Part shown: in pieces, positions 48,021 through 59,625 of the stretch
Layout of the letters: each line of letters begins with the position of its first letter
Position numbering within the stretch: the first letter of the stretch is position 1
Assembly: GCA_963756875.1 (NCBI GenBank)
Contig: CAVWPA010000001.1
Span: 640,001 to 704,000 of the forward strand
DNA: 64,000 bases
Origin: an uncultured Verrucomicrobiae bacterium
Lineage (GTDB): Bacteria > Verrucomicrobiota > Verrucomicrobiia > Chthoniobacterales > UBA10450
Direction: 5' to 3'
Notes under the pieces: generated by a model
What the model saw: only the letters and a program-made list of their open reading frames with translations
Databases searched by the model: none
What the model was told of the DNA's origin: nothing
Translations under genes and position numbers: made by a program

Positions 48021-48376
48021 ACGTGTACAAAATTGCGTATGAGCTCGCGATGGAGATTTTTGAAGCCACGAAAGGATTTCCGGTTGAAGAGACGTATGCC
48101 CTAACGAGCCAGATTCGCAGGTCTTCAAGATCAGTTTGTCTGAATTTGCGTGAGGCATGGGCAAAACGACGTTATGAAGCTCACTTTCTGAGTAAGCTGA
48201 CTGATTGTGATGGAGAAGCGAATGAGACAGATTCTGCGATCGATTTCGCGAAGGACTGCGGTTATATCCCACACGACCAGCATGAAACGCTCGTCGCCAA
48301 ATGCACGGAAGTGCGCCGAATGGTCGGCGGAATGATAAACAAGCCCGAGGCCTTCATTGTTCCGGGGAAGCTGTAG
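47993..48376 (+). CDS. Four helix bundle protein (23S rRNA intervening-sequence protein family)
   Basis: DLNVYK.AYELAMEIF..TKGFP.EE.YALTSQIRRSSRSVCLNLREAW.KRRY...DGEANET. Confidence 0.9.
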   Translation: MQIESAKDLNVYKIAYELAMEIFEATKGFPVEETYALTSQIRRSSRSVCLNLREAWAKRRYEAHFLSKLTDCDGEANETDSAIDFAKDCGYIPHDQHETLVAKCTEVRRMVGGMINKPEAFIVPGKL

Positions 48377-48480
48377 GAGCATTCGTGTAATGACGGCATT
48401 CCGGTTTGGTATCGTGCTTGCCCTCTGTCCGCTGTTCTGCCTGTTTTCTGTCCTCTGTTACCTGTCCTCTGTCCTCTGGA

Positions 48481-50821
48481 ATGAACATCCTCGGCCTTAA
48501 CGCTTACCACGGCGATTCCGCCGCTTGTTTGTTTGTCGATGGCAAACTCGTGGCCGCGGCCGAAGAGGAACGCTTTCGGCGGATCAAGCATTGGGCCGGT
48601 CTGCCCACGAACGCCATCGATTATTGTCTGCGCGAGGCGCAATTGTCCGTGGCGCGAGATCGATCATATCGCAATCAATCGCAAGCCAGGCGCCAACAAC
48701 CTGCGGCGGCTGGGCTTCGTTGTTTCCCGCTGGCCGCACCCGAAATTGATGCTGCAGAAAATCCGGAACATTCGCAGCGCGGCCTCCATCAAGGAAACGC
48801 TGGAGAAGGCGTACGGAATCGAGCTGAAAGCCCAGGTCCACCACGTCGAGCATCACCTCGCGCATCTGGCTTCGGCGTTTCTCGTTTCCGGATTCAACGA
48901 GGCGGCCTGCATCTCGATCGACGGGTTCGGCGACTTTGCCAGCACCGCATTCGGGTTCGGGCGCGGCAGCGAGATCAAAATCGACAACCGCGTTTATTTC
49001 CCGCACTCGTTAGGCATCTTTTATTCCGCGCTCACCCAGTTTATCGGATTCCCGAATTACGGCGACGAATACAAGGTGATGGGACTGGCGCCTTACGGTG
49101 AGCCCACGTTTTTCGAGCAGATGCGCGAGATCGTTCGCATCCGGCCGGATGGCACGTTCCGGTTGAATTTGAAATATTTCCGGCACCACAGCGACAACGT
49201 TTCTTACACGCTGGAAAGATTGCGCCCCGGAAGTCGGACCGCTTTACCGGAAAGAACTGGCCGATCTGTTAGGGCCGCCGCGAAAACCGGACGAGCCGCT
49301 CGAACAAAAACACAAGGACATCGCCCGTTCCGTCCAGACGATTTACGAGAAAGCGTTCTTCGAGTTGCTGCATGCGCTGCACAAAAAACATCCGTCCGAT
49401 AATCTCGCGTTGGCTGGCGGTTGCGCGATGAACTCGGTCGCCAACGGCAAGGTGTATCGCCGCACGCCGTTCAAGAAAATGTATCTGCCTGCCGCGGCCG
49501 GCGACGCCGGCGGCGCGATCGGGGCGGCCGCTTTTGTCCAATGTCAATTGGGCAAAAGCGAAGAAGATCGAAGTTCGAAGAATGAAGATGGGTCCTCCAG
49601 CCGCCGAGCTGCCGTCTCCCAGCTACCAACTTCAACGGCGGTGTCCGCCTGGACTCCGCGATACTCTCGGCTCCCGAAGCGACACCGGAAGAACTGCACG
49701 CGCTGGTCGAATGGAAGAAAAAGGAGATCGCGGATGCCGGTTGCCCCATAGCGCTGATCACTGGTGAAGAAGAACTGGTGCGCAAAACCGCGCAGGCCAT
49801 CGCCGACGGAAAAATCGTGGGCTGGTTTCAGGGACGAATGGAATGGGGACCACGCGCGCTGGGGCACAGGTCCATTCTGGCCGATCCGCGCCGGGCCGAC
49901 ATGAAGGAAATTTTGAATGCGAAGATCAAACGGCGCGAATCGTTCCGGCCGTTTGCGCCTTCGATTTTACGAGAGGCGGTCGGGGAATGGTTCGAACAGG
50001 AGGACGACGTTCCGTTCATGATGGAAGTGTTCCAGATCCGGCCGAAACATCGGGAGCTTATTCCCGCGGTCACGCACGTCGATGGGAGCGGCCGGTTGCA
50101 TACCGTGACCAGGGAAACCAACCCGCGTTACTATGGCGTGATCGAACATTTTCGCGATCTGACCGAGGTCCCGATGGTTCTCAATACGTCGTTCAACGAA
50201 AACGAACCGATCGTCTGTTATCCGGAAGAAGCGCTCGAATGCTTCTTGCGGACGAAAATGGATGTGCTGGTGCTGGAAAACTTTTTCCTGGATCGAACCG
50301 GCGACGAGGGCGGGGAGGGCCAAGGGCAAAGAGCAAAGGGCAAAGAGGAAGCGGAAGGGCAGAGGAAGAAGCAAAGGGGAAAGAGCGGTAAGAGCGAGGA
50401 GCACGGAGCGAAGAGCGCGGAGCAGGGAGCGAAGGGCAAAGAGGGAAGCGGTAAGGGCGAAGAGGAAGAAGCAAAGGGCGAAGAGGGAAGCGGTAAGAGG
50501 GGAGCGAGGAGCAAGAGCACGGAGCAGGGAGAGAAAGGCAAAGAAAGCGAGAGCAAAGAGGAAGAAGCAAAGGGCGAAGAGGAAAGCGGTAAGGGCGAGG
50601 AGCGAGGAGCTAAGAGCACGGAGCAGGGAGCGAAGAGCAAAGAGGAAAGTGCAAAGGGCAAGGAAGAAGGAGCGCGAAGTGGCGAGCAGCTTCCAAAAGC
50701 AGAGGCGAAAGAGCAGGGGACAACCACCGAAGATAAGCGCGAGACGAAAACTGAGGAAGCTCCGATGAAAAAAGCCGAGCCGGAACCGCCTGTGAACGAG
50801 CTCGAAATCGGCGGCGCATGA
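48481..50821 (+). CDS. NodU/CmcH-family carbamoyltransferase (several frameshifts) with repeat-derived C-terminal tail
   Basis: MNILGLNAYHGDSAACL, AAEEERF.RIKH, HHLAHLAS, IDGFGD, EYKVMGLAPYG, AGGCAMNSVANG, GDAGG, EWGPRALGHRSIL, RESFRPFAP, HVDGSGR, LNTSFN. Confidence 0.88.
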
Positions 50822-50848
50822 GTTGGAACGACTTTAGAACTCAGCGAT

Positions 50849-50972
50849 ATGGAAAACTACCTTAAGGAGATGCTGGTAATTTTGACCGACTCGAAGGTGG
50901 AATTTGTTGTAGGCCGGGGGGCCTGTGTTCTTCATGGGGTGGAACGCGTTACACTCGACCTCGATATTGCAC
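50849..50972 (+). pseudogene. Truncated nucleotidyltransferase-like gene fragment
   Basis: MENYLKEMLVILTDSKVEFVVG(G.)ACVLHGVERVTLDLDIA: GG...HG...DLD motif, then ends. Confidence 0.55.
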
Positions 50973-51001
50973 CAGCGGCAGACATGGCGAGACCTCCGGA
51001 A

Positions 51002-51042
51002 TTCAGTTTGCAGTCAAACTGAAGTGGTGGGATAATCCCACC
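51002..51042 (+). promoter_or_regulatory. Promoter/operator of the vapBC module with two perfect palindromes
   Basis: TTCAGTTTG-CAGT-CAAACTGAA and GGTGGGAT-A-ATCCCACC overlapping TTGCAG-N17-GATAAT; ATG follows directly (leaderless-like). Confidence 0.6.
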
Positions 51043-51273
51043 ATGACGTTAACCGCCGACAGCAAGAAAAGAGTCGTGCTGCCCGGAGCGGCGCCCGGTG
51101 ATGTTTTTACATATGAGCAGACCAGTCAGGGTGTGGTCCTGCGGCGTATTTATCGTCCTGAGCCCGGGAAAAAAAGGATGACCAAAAAACAGGTTTTGGC
51201 GGAGATCCGAAAATGGAAAGCTCTCCGTGGCGTGAAATGGGAGGAGCTCCGTAAGCTCACCCGAGAGCCGTGA
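51043..51273 (+). CDS. AbrB-like antitoxin
   Basis: LTADSKKRVVLPGAAPGDVF; overlaps PIN gene start (GTGA). Confidence 0.7.
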   Translation: MTLTADSKKRVVLPGAAPGDVFTYEQTSQGVVLRRIYRPEPGKKRMTKKQVLAEIRKWKALRGVKWEELRKLTREP

Positions 51274-51689
51274 TCCTGCTGGACACGAATATAGTGGTCG
51301 ATGCGCAGAATGAAGCGTCGCCTTTCTTCGAGCGGACCAGGAAGCTAATCGTCGAAGCCGTCGTCTCCACAGGCGCAGCCGTAAACACGGTGATTTTGGC
51401 GGAACTCTGCGCAGGAAAGCGCGATATCGCCGACTTGATTCAATCCGAACTGCGTCGAGGAGGCGTTCAATTTTTCGATTTGCCCGCGAATACAGCGCCA
51501 ATCTGCGGGGACGCTTATCGTAAGTATCGACTTTCAAGAAAAAAGTCGGCTGGAGGTAGCGCGCCAACAATGCCGTTGCCGGATTTTTTTATTGGCGCGC
51601 ACGCGGAACTGATGGGTTGGAAACTGGCGACGCGCGACACGGAACGTTACCGGCTTTACTTTCCAAACGTGCAGATTATCGAGCCTTGA
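51270..51689 (+). CDS. VapC-family PIN domain toxin
   Basis: ILLDTNIVVD, ILAEL, LPDFFIGAHA, LATRD..RYRLYFP. Confidence 0.9.
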   Translation: MILLDTNIVVDAQNEASPFFERTRKLIVEAVVSTGAAVNTVILAELCAGKRDIADLIQSELRRGGVQFFDLPANTAPICGDAYRKYRLSRKKSAGGSAPTMPLPDFFIGAHAELMGWKLATRDTERYRLYFPNVQIIEP

Positions 51690-51877
51690 GTGGGGCGATT
51701 GCGCCGCGATCGCAGTTATCCGTTATCGGCCTGCCATCGGACGGCCCCGAAAGCTTTCGGGGTTAACGGTTATCGGTTGCCGAGTTCAAAGCAGGGGAAG
51801 GGATTTAAACAGTCGCCACGGCGACTTCGTCAGACAGAAGGAGAAGACCGCTTAAGTCCGCGGTACTGCGCGGGCGC

Positions 51878-52912
51878 CTACTCGGTTGAAGAGCCGGAAC
51901 CGGACTGTTCCAAATTTCGCGATCCGGACGGGTTCAAGGCATAATCGATAAAAACGGAGTGTCTGTCACCGTCGGTTCGAATGCTCACGCGTCCGTAGGT
52001 ATGCGACTGATTGAGCACGAAATAGAACTTTTTCGCGAAGGCTACCCCTTCCATACCGTTTTGGACATGAAACGAATATTCAAGCGTCGGCTGATAACCG
52101 GTTTCAGGTGCCTTGAACGGAAATTCGTCGGCATGCTCAATCAAACCGCCGCCCGGCACCGAAATTGAGATGCTCCAGTCATACGGAAACCGCGGCTGAT
52201 GAGGTGGTGGCTTCGACACATTGAGAACCAAGTGGCCATCGGGCGATTCACGGCCGGTAAACAAATCTATCCGAGCCGAACGATTTTCCCCAAAAGGAAT
52301 CGAAGTGCTGATTGACTTCGCAATTAGGTCTTTGGTTCCTTCTTTTTTCCGCAACTGAAATATCACCGGCGCATTCGGGCTCGGAGTGTAAAAGATCTTC
52401 TCATACGGGTTGGCAAATTCATAGCTCATTTCATTTGCCTGAGTGGGTGTGTAATAGCCATCTTTTGAGACTCGCACCTCCAAACGTTTGCCGTGCGTAC
52501 CCGTCAAGGAGAATAACCCTTGCGCATCAGACGTTGTTTCGGCTCGGGAGGTACCGCGCGGCGAAATATCAGTCCACAGAAATTGAACTTTCGCATTCGG
52601 TACGGGTCGCAATTGCTCGTCCACCACCTTACCATAGAATCGAATCGGAACTTTCCATTCCCATTGGCGATCTTGGGCATGGCGGCGTGTTACTTCGTCT
52701 GCGACTTGTTGCTTCGAAAGCGATCTGGCATCTATTTGGGGGTAAGCATTTGTCGGGCGGAATATCTTGCCGGCAGCGTCTGTTAAGCGTCTCGTCGAAA
52801 GATGCGCACGCTGTTTATGGTTTGGGTAATCTCGCTCGCGTCGGAGTCCGTACAGGATGAAACCACCAAGCGCCACTAGGACCAGCAAGACGGCGATCCA
52901 GTACTTACGCAT
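51878..52912 (-). CDS. Membrane-anchored exported protein with carboxypeptidase-regulatory-like (prealbumin) fold; candidate immunity/partner protein
   Basis: N-terminal TM; PIRFYGKVVDEQLRPVPNAKV...SDAQGLFSL...VSKDGYY; NPSGSRNLE; starts 1 nt after the upstream gene's stop. Confidence 0.7.
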   Translation of the reverse strand: MRKYWIAVLLVLVALGGFILYGLRRERDYPNHKQRAHLSTRRLTDAAGKIFRPTNAYPQIDARSLSKQQVADEVTRRHAQDRQWEWKVPIRFYGKVVDEQLRPVPNAKVQFLWTDISPRGTSRAETTSDAQGLFSLTGTHGKRLEVRVSKDGYYTPTQANEMSYEFANPYEKIFYTPSPNAPVIFQLRKKEGTKDLIAKSISTSIPFGENRSARIDLFTGRESPDGHLVLNVSKPPPHQPRFPYDWSISISVPGGGLIEHADEFPFKAPETGYQPTLEYSFHVQNGMEGVAFAKKFYFVLNQSHTYGRVSIRTDGDRHSVFIDYALNPSGSRNLEQSGSGSSTE

Positions 52913-52913
52913 A

Positions 52914-55900
52914 TTATTGTCGAAGCTCTCCCACTATCTGGCTGTAAAATGGGTTCAGTATTTGAATTGGACGTTCAAATTGGCCACTGTGATCTTCCAC
53001 GTTCGCTCCAAAATTGCATATTGCCTTGAGGCTTACCGCCGAGTTAAAAATTGTCACGTTGTTGGGCTCGGCACCAGCAGCTTTTGACCGTGGTCGAGCA
53101 ACAAATGCCATGGATTCGTGAATATCGTTTACTGGCCGCGTGACAAGGTAGTCTCCGGACAAGGTGCGGCTCCAGTTCAAGGTCACTCGTTGGCCGATTG
53201 GCTGGTCGCTCGCGTACAGATAATCACCCGCCGTCGAATCCTGATCGTTAAACCTGTTCGGCTTGTAATCGATTTCGTTTTGTTCCCAGTTTGTTTCAAA
53301 CGGCCAGCCGGGAACGATGCCGATTGTGCCGGTCGCCAGTGCATAATCGTCAACATTATAGAACGAGATAAATTTACCTGCGTTCAATCCGGTTGAATAC
53401 AACCGATAACCGAGATCGTTCCCCGAATCGGGTGTTGGACTAGTCTGTTCTGCGGTCAAAAACGGTGCGTAATTATTGACACTATCGTTGAAGCAGCCCG
53501 CGGGAATGGCCGCCTGCATCAGAAAATATCGATCAACGACTCATTCCACGCTTGAGCGCTGACGTGGTAACGATGTTGCCCATACTGTGGGCGGCGACGT
53601 TGATGGTGTAGCCCGGAAGTTGATTCTTCAGGTAGTTCTCGACATAGCTGGCCAATGATTTTCCGTATTTCCAGGCAAGCCATTCGCTGGTGTTATACGA
53701 ATCAAATGACGTCTGGGTGGCCCACCGAAACGCGGCGAAACGTCCCTTGTATCCCTGCCACCAAAGGCGTTTAAAGAATGTTTCGCTGAAGCTGATCGAA
53801 TCGTCATAACTCATTCGCCAGCCATGAACAAAGACGAGACACTGCGCTTCCTCATCGGGCGCTTGTTCAAAGTGCGGATTGACGTCCACGGTGTAGTAGA
53901 TCTCGCTGTCATCGAACGTGCTGTTTGAGGATGTGTATGGAAGGGGTCCAACGGGTCGGGCGTTGCGCTCGCTCGTTGGTACATCTTCTTAATATTCTTC
54001 AGCTCCAGCCAGACGCTGCTGCCTTCAGTCAGCTCGTTGCCGTCGCGGTCCAGCAGAACGACTGTCAGTTCGCCTTTGCCTTCGTGGACTCCTTCGAACA
54101 GCAGACATTTCCTGGGGTTCTGAGAGCTAAGACCGTTCCAAAAATCGCTCTTAAACAAAAAGACACCGTTTGGGTCGACTGTTATTCGGTTGTTTTGGTC
54201 GGTAATGGCGTTGTTGAACACGCCTTGGATCTGCCTTGCCGCCGCGGCTTGGTCGGTAAGGTAATTGTGTCGAACCGTCACCATCTTCAGAGGGATAAAT
54301 GTTAATCGCCGGCGCGTCCGACTCGACCGTTTTCCATTTCAACCCAACCTGGATGTCGCCAGCCAGGACTTGATCTTTAATCCCGGTCAAATTGATCCAG
54401 AGACGCGCGAAATCCTCGAGGTTTCGATGGGTCACGATATGATATTGCGAGTAGTCCGGCTGAAGAGGAGGTACCTGCTCTGTTCCAATAAATGACGGTT
54501 CCGTGGTCTGGTAATCGATTTCGGTGTCATCGTCATCATTCAACCAGAATCGGTACGGTCGATCCTCACTTGTCAGATCTTTGTTGTGAATGGCGCCGTC
54601 GGTGATCGACATTTCACCGTCTCGATTTCCGTCTACCATTAACTCGCCGGCAAGAATCTGGATCCCGTAATATCCCGGACGATCGGGAGTCAAATAGTAG
54701 ATGTCTGTCTCGGTTCCGGTTCCTTCCCAGCGACGCACCGTTTTTATGGGAGTGCCGTCTTCCTGCTCCGGTGTTCGCTGGTCGTCCAGAGGATAAAAAA
54801 TTTCGATCCAGGAGATCGATTTTCGATCGGGCAAATTCGGACTCGGGCTCCATTTGAACTGATAATTAGAGTGACTGATATAAACGCCTTCCTGGTTGCC
54901 CGGCAGAAACTCGAAATCGGCAAAGATCGCGTCATCGTCGATGGTAGGAGGGGCATCAAACGGCGGAATGGCCGGTAACGCGGCGCGGGTGCGACCGATC
55001 AGTTCGTCCGTCGTGTACTCTTCGCTCAAGGTCGTTCTTTCTTCAGCAGTGGCCTGCCAATCGTCGATCAAGTTGGGCGGATCATCGTACGCGCCGCCGT
55101 CCGCCTCTGCCCCGAAAAACACAGTCAGGCGATCAAACCGAAAGGTCGCCGTCGGCGCAGGGTCCCAATCCATGGACCCGTAGTAGGGCGCAGGAGCGTT
55201 GCCTGTCGTCGTGGTCTGCTGCTCTCCCGTATCCGGATCGACGTTCACCTCGATGGTTCCATGCACGGGGCTTTCCGGATTGCCGCCCACAAGATCGATG
55301 ATCATTTCACTTTTCAAATAGTAGGCCGGCGGTTGGGTCGGAACGAACGGCCGCAGTCCCGTTTTTCGCTTTCCTACTCCGCGACTGCGATTAAGCATTC
55401 TCGGATACGGCACGCCGCCATCGTAATAATCATTGGCCATGCCGCCCGCCTGGAACTCCTCTAAATTACTCAGGCCGTCGCCGTCGAAATCGCCATCGCC
55501 CGTTTGGCCGAGGTTTCCGAAATTCGCCATCTCCCACTCATCCCCTAATCCGTCGCCGTCGGAATCGTGGTCCACCTCCACATATCGCGGCGCAGATACG
55601 GCCTGTAGCTCCCTGCTCGTCGACCGCCCGTGCTGTCAGGATAAACGAGCCTGCTCCGCTTGGTTGCCAGACGACTGTGAAAGGGGGCTGCGTGCTCGCA
55701 CCGATAAGAGTCGATCCTTCGTAAAACTCTACCATGACGACCTGGCCTTGCCGATCCTGCGCCTGCGCTTCAACGGCGACATTCTCTCCCGCAATAACTC
55801 CGGCGTTCTGCAAGGGAGCGACAAGTTCGACCTCCGGAGGCGCGTTCGCCGTGGCCGTGGCGGGAATCTCCAGCATGCTTTGGTCTGCGTTTGATTGCAC

Positions 55901-58900
55901 ACGCAGCAACCCGGCATAGTTTCCATCCGCCAAACCGGAACCGTCGGCGGTAACCATTACTTCGGCCGTTCCGCCGGGATCGATCTCACCGTTCGCGGGC
56001 GATACCTGGAGCCAGGAATTGTCACGGCTGAGCCGGACAGCGAGACCATCCCTGATGTAAGGCTTTTCAAACGCTACTTCTAAGCCTTGATCCTGCTCCA
56101 AATTCTGCAGGCCCACGGACGCGGCATTGAGTGTGCCGGTCATCGATTTGTACCTGAAACGTTATCGCGCCGGTTTCATCGAGCCGGATCTGGAATGTCA
56201 CCGGTCCGCTGCCGTCGTAATGGGACACCTGATCGAACTGAATGACCGTGTGATCGGAGCTATTTAAATAACGAACCTGTCCGCCGGCCGCGGGATTGAG
56301 ATCGGTGTGAAACGCTGCGATCTCGCCCGGTGCGGCTTCGGTCCCGGGAAAGGAACCTGGACCAGGGTTGCTCGAGCCCGACCCGACGGTTACGAATCCG
56401 TCGCTGCTGACGTAAATTCTTGTGTAGAGACTTCCAAAAAACGGAAAGCTAAACGGCAGATCGATCGCCTCGAAATCGTCATCTGACTGGGACACGACCG
56501 AAAGCACCGTACCCGTGCTGGTAATGTCGTCCCACTGATAGACAGGGCCATCCGCCGAGTTGGAATCCTTGAACGAGTAGGATAACGCGTCTGTCTCGCA
56601 GGCAAAATCGAGGGGGAGCGGTCCCGTGTTGTGAAGAACGACGTTTTGAGACTGCGTGTCCGGTATGTTCAGAGCGAAGCTTAAGCTCTCGGGTGTCGCC
56701 TCCAGAAATGCATCGGCCTTTTCGGTGAACGTGACAGCCGCAGTTTGATTTCCTCCCGCGTGAATCTCGGCGACGACCGACGACTTTGAGCCGCGCGTTT
56801 CCGGTGCGACCAGGGAAACAGATCCCTCACCGGATGCATTGGTGCGCACCTGGAGCGAGGGCACCGGGTTGCTGTCATCCCCGGCGACGGCGCCGCTACC
56901 GGCCCCGACATAAAAATCCACCGGAGCGTTGGCCAGGGGCGATCCCTGTGGATCGCTTACCAGGACGGTTGCGGACAACGGCAGCGTGGATCCCGCCGGT
57001 CCATGTTGATTGTCTCCCTCCACAATCGTGATATTCGGCAGGACGCCGTTGAAATAGTCCGCCGGATCGGACCCATTCAGGTATTCCTGCTCATTCGTTA
57101 GGCCATCGCCGTCGAAATCGTCGCCGCCCGTCTGGTCGAGATTTCCGAAATGCTCCAGTTCCCAGACGTCCGGCAGACTGTCTCCGTCGCTGTTCGTCCA
57201 CACGATCAAATGCGTCGCGTTCGAAAGAGCAGTCGAATTGCGGTCGTCAGTCGCGCGCGCTGTCAAAACATGGTTGCCAGCCGGCGGAGACTGCCAGATA
57301 CAACTAAAAGGCGGGGCTGCGGCTTCGCCGATTAATTGGTCGTCAGCAAGGAACTCGACCTTTGTCACGACGCCGTCTTCATCGGAAGCATCGGCCGAGA
57401 CAGTGAGCGCCTGGTTCTCGAGACACTCGAAGTTGTCCGGCGGGAAAATAATTGCCGATTGCGGTTCGTGATTCACCGTCAAAGTAACCGCCACCGATTG
57501 AAATGGCGGCGTTGAACCATCGAGCGACAACGCCAATTGCCCATTGTAAATCCCGCTCGGGAGATTTGAGGTGTCGAAGGAGACAGTTACCGGTTGATTC
57601 TGGGCCGGATCGAGAGTCCCTGCTTCCGGCGAAACGGCAAACCATTGGCTCGCGGTGATAACACGTATCGCCATGTTCGAATGCAGGTAATTCTGCCCGT
57701 AGGAGACAGTCAGGCCTTTGTCGCGGGTTTCGTTTTGAATGCCCACGGTAACGTCGTCCACAACCGCAGGAACATCTTTGTACTCGAGATCGATAACGCC
57801 GTCGCGATGCAGGATAATCTCGAAATCGACGATATCGTCGTCATCCAGCCGCGCGACATGATCAAATTGAATGATGCTCCGATCGGTTTCGTTCTGGTAA
57901 TAGATCGCACCCGGGCCTTCCGTGGTTAGGTCCACGTGAAATCCGGCAATCTCATTGGCCGGCATGTTCTCGCCGGGTAATGGATAATTATCGTACTGGT
58001 CGGAGCCTTCCCCGAACGTGATGAAGCCGTTCGAACTGACAAAGACAGTCGAAAAACTCTGGCCGAAATACGGAAAAGAAAACGGAAGCTCGAAGCTCTC
58101 GAACCTGTCGTCGGCTTCCGAAACACTGGAAAGCATCGTCCCGGTCGTCTTGATGTCCTCCCATGTGTAAGATGGGCCGGACGGCTGATCGGAGTCCGTG
58201 TACGCGGGATTCTCGATTACATTATCGACGGGGGTTATCTGGAACATCGAAGGCAAAACCGATGTGTTCGTCAGCGTGAGCAACCCATCCGCGGTTTGGT
58301 TGGCATTGAGAAGCATGGAAATGCTTTGCGGCGAAAGTTGCAGCGGCATTACCGAGTCGGAATCGTTCGGATCGGTTCCGCGTTGATACTCCTCCAGATT
58401 GCTAACGCCATCGCCATCCGCGTCTCCGGCGGCGTCGTCCGTCGTCGGGTCGAGGTGATGGACAAATTCCCATTGGTCCGGCATTCCATCGCCGTCGCTG
58501 TCAGGATCTGAGTCGCTCGTCCCCAGCTGGTTCTCTTCCCAGGCAGTCAGACCATCGCCGTCCTGGTCGATGTCGCCTGCAAGAAGTCCGCGATAAACGA
58601 TCACGCCGGCGCCGGGTTGATCAGGGCGCGGAACGGGAGTCTCCACGACGCCGCCCGTTCCCGTGATCTGAGTACCAAAACTCGACCAGCCCGAAAGATC
58701 GTTGCTCGACTGAATCTGGTAAAGCTTGCCAAAAGCGGTGTGGATCAAAAGCTTGAACGTGTTCGCGTCGTCGCCCGGCCCGAGCTCCAGCGGAAAAGCG
58801 GAATGCGGGTCGTGCGGATCGGTCCCCAGCGCGCTCTCCTGTCGGTTGGTCAATCCGTCTCCATCGTCATCGCCATCCGCGGCGCTCCCGTTCACACCAT

Positions 58901-59090
58901 AAATCCTCTCCCAAACGTCGCTCAATCCATCCTGGTCCAGATCGATCGCATCGACGCTGAGCAGTGCGCCACTGAACAAAGCGGCGCCGAACACGGCGCA
59001 CAGCTTGCCCAACTTCCAACCCCTGGTGCGCGTCGCCCATCGTCTCCGCCGTCGTGCGGGAGAACCTGAGCGTATCTGGTTTCGCGGCAT
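52914..59090 (-). CDS. ~2000-aa secreted multidomain protein (DxDGDG Ca-binding repeats, Ig-like domains) with C-terminal alpha/beta-hydrolase; about five frameshifts
   Basis: Collinear ORFs 56067-59090, 55538-56143, 54151-55581, 53811-54284, 53533-53889, 52914-53519; signal peptide; DSDGDGMPDQWE repeats; LTARATDD Ig domains; FVHGW, AHSMG, MQAA, EDHS. Confidence 0.75.
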
Positions 59091-59426
59091 GGTTCAAAAT
59101 AGGACCGCCGACGATAGTGAAGTCAGGCGTTGCCCGACAAGATGATTTCGTTCGTGAACGCCAAAAGTTATTCACAATGGACTTCGTTTTCCGACATCCG
59201 AACTCCGAAAGCCCGCCCTTAGCTTATCCCTTCAAAAATCTCACAGAAGATAACGCATCCAGCCCGTAGGCTTTCCTGGCCGGAGGCGAAGGTAACAAAG
59301 ATCAGATGATCGCTGCATCCAGCCCCGAAATGCTTCGGCGTTGTCATGCTTCGCAGAGGACATCCAGAATCGAGCATCTGCCCCGCCAAACCCATCCGCG
59401 AAATCCGTGTAATCCGCGGTTAGATC

Positions 59427-59625
59427 TCAGGCGTTATCGAAACTCCAGCGCCGTCACGATCGCGATATTCGTGATGTGCGTTCCTTCTTGCGCGAGGGAC
59501 TGATTCAGGTGGATCGTTTGCATGAGATGTTCGCACAAATTGAACCGGGCCTGATCCGGTATCCCGCGATTGATCCAGTCTCGTTTCGCGCCGCAGTCAC
59601 GGAGTTTTGTGATGAAAACCGCTGA
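59427..59625 (+). pseudogene. 3' fragment of a DUF6036-like nucleotidyltransferase gene
   Basis: ALSKLQRRHDRDIRDVRSFL...LIRYPAIDPVSFRAAV...ENR*; no 5' part, preceded by repeats. Confidence 0.55.

Noticed and set aside
48481..50300. Carbamoyltransferase as a tailoring enzyme for the secreted peptides
   Set aside because: It lies over 30 kb away within a polysaccharide/exosortase context; nothing links it to the island.
34887..59090. Programmed frameshifting or mass pseudogenisation
   Set aside because: Indels are scattered over unrelated genes with intact catalytic motifs, as expected from uncorrected long reads; no slippery site plus structure was identified.
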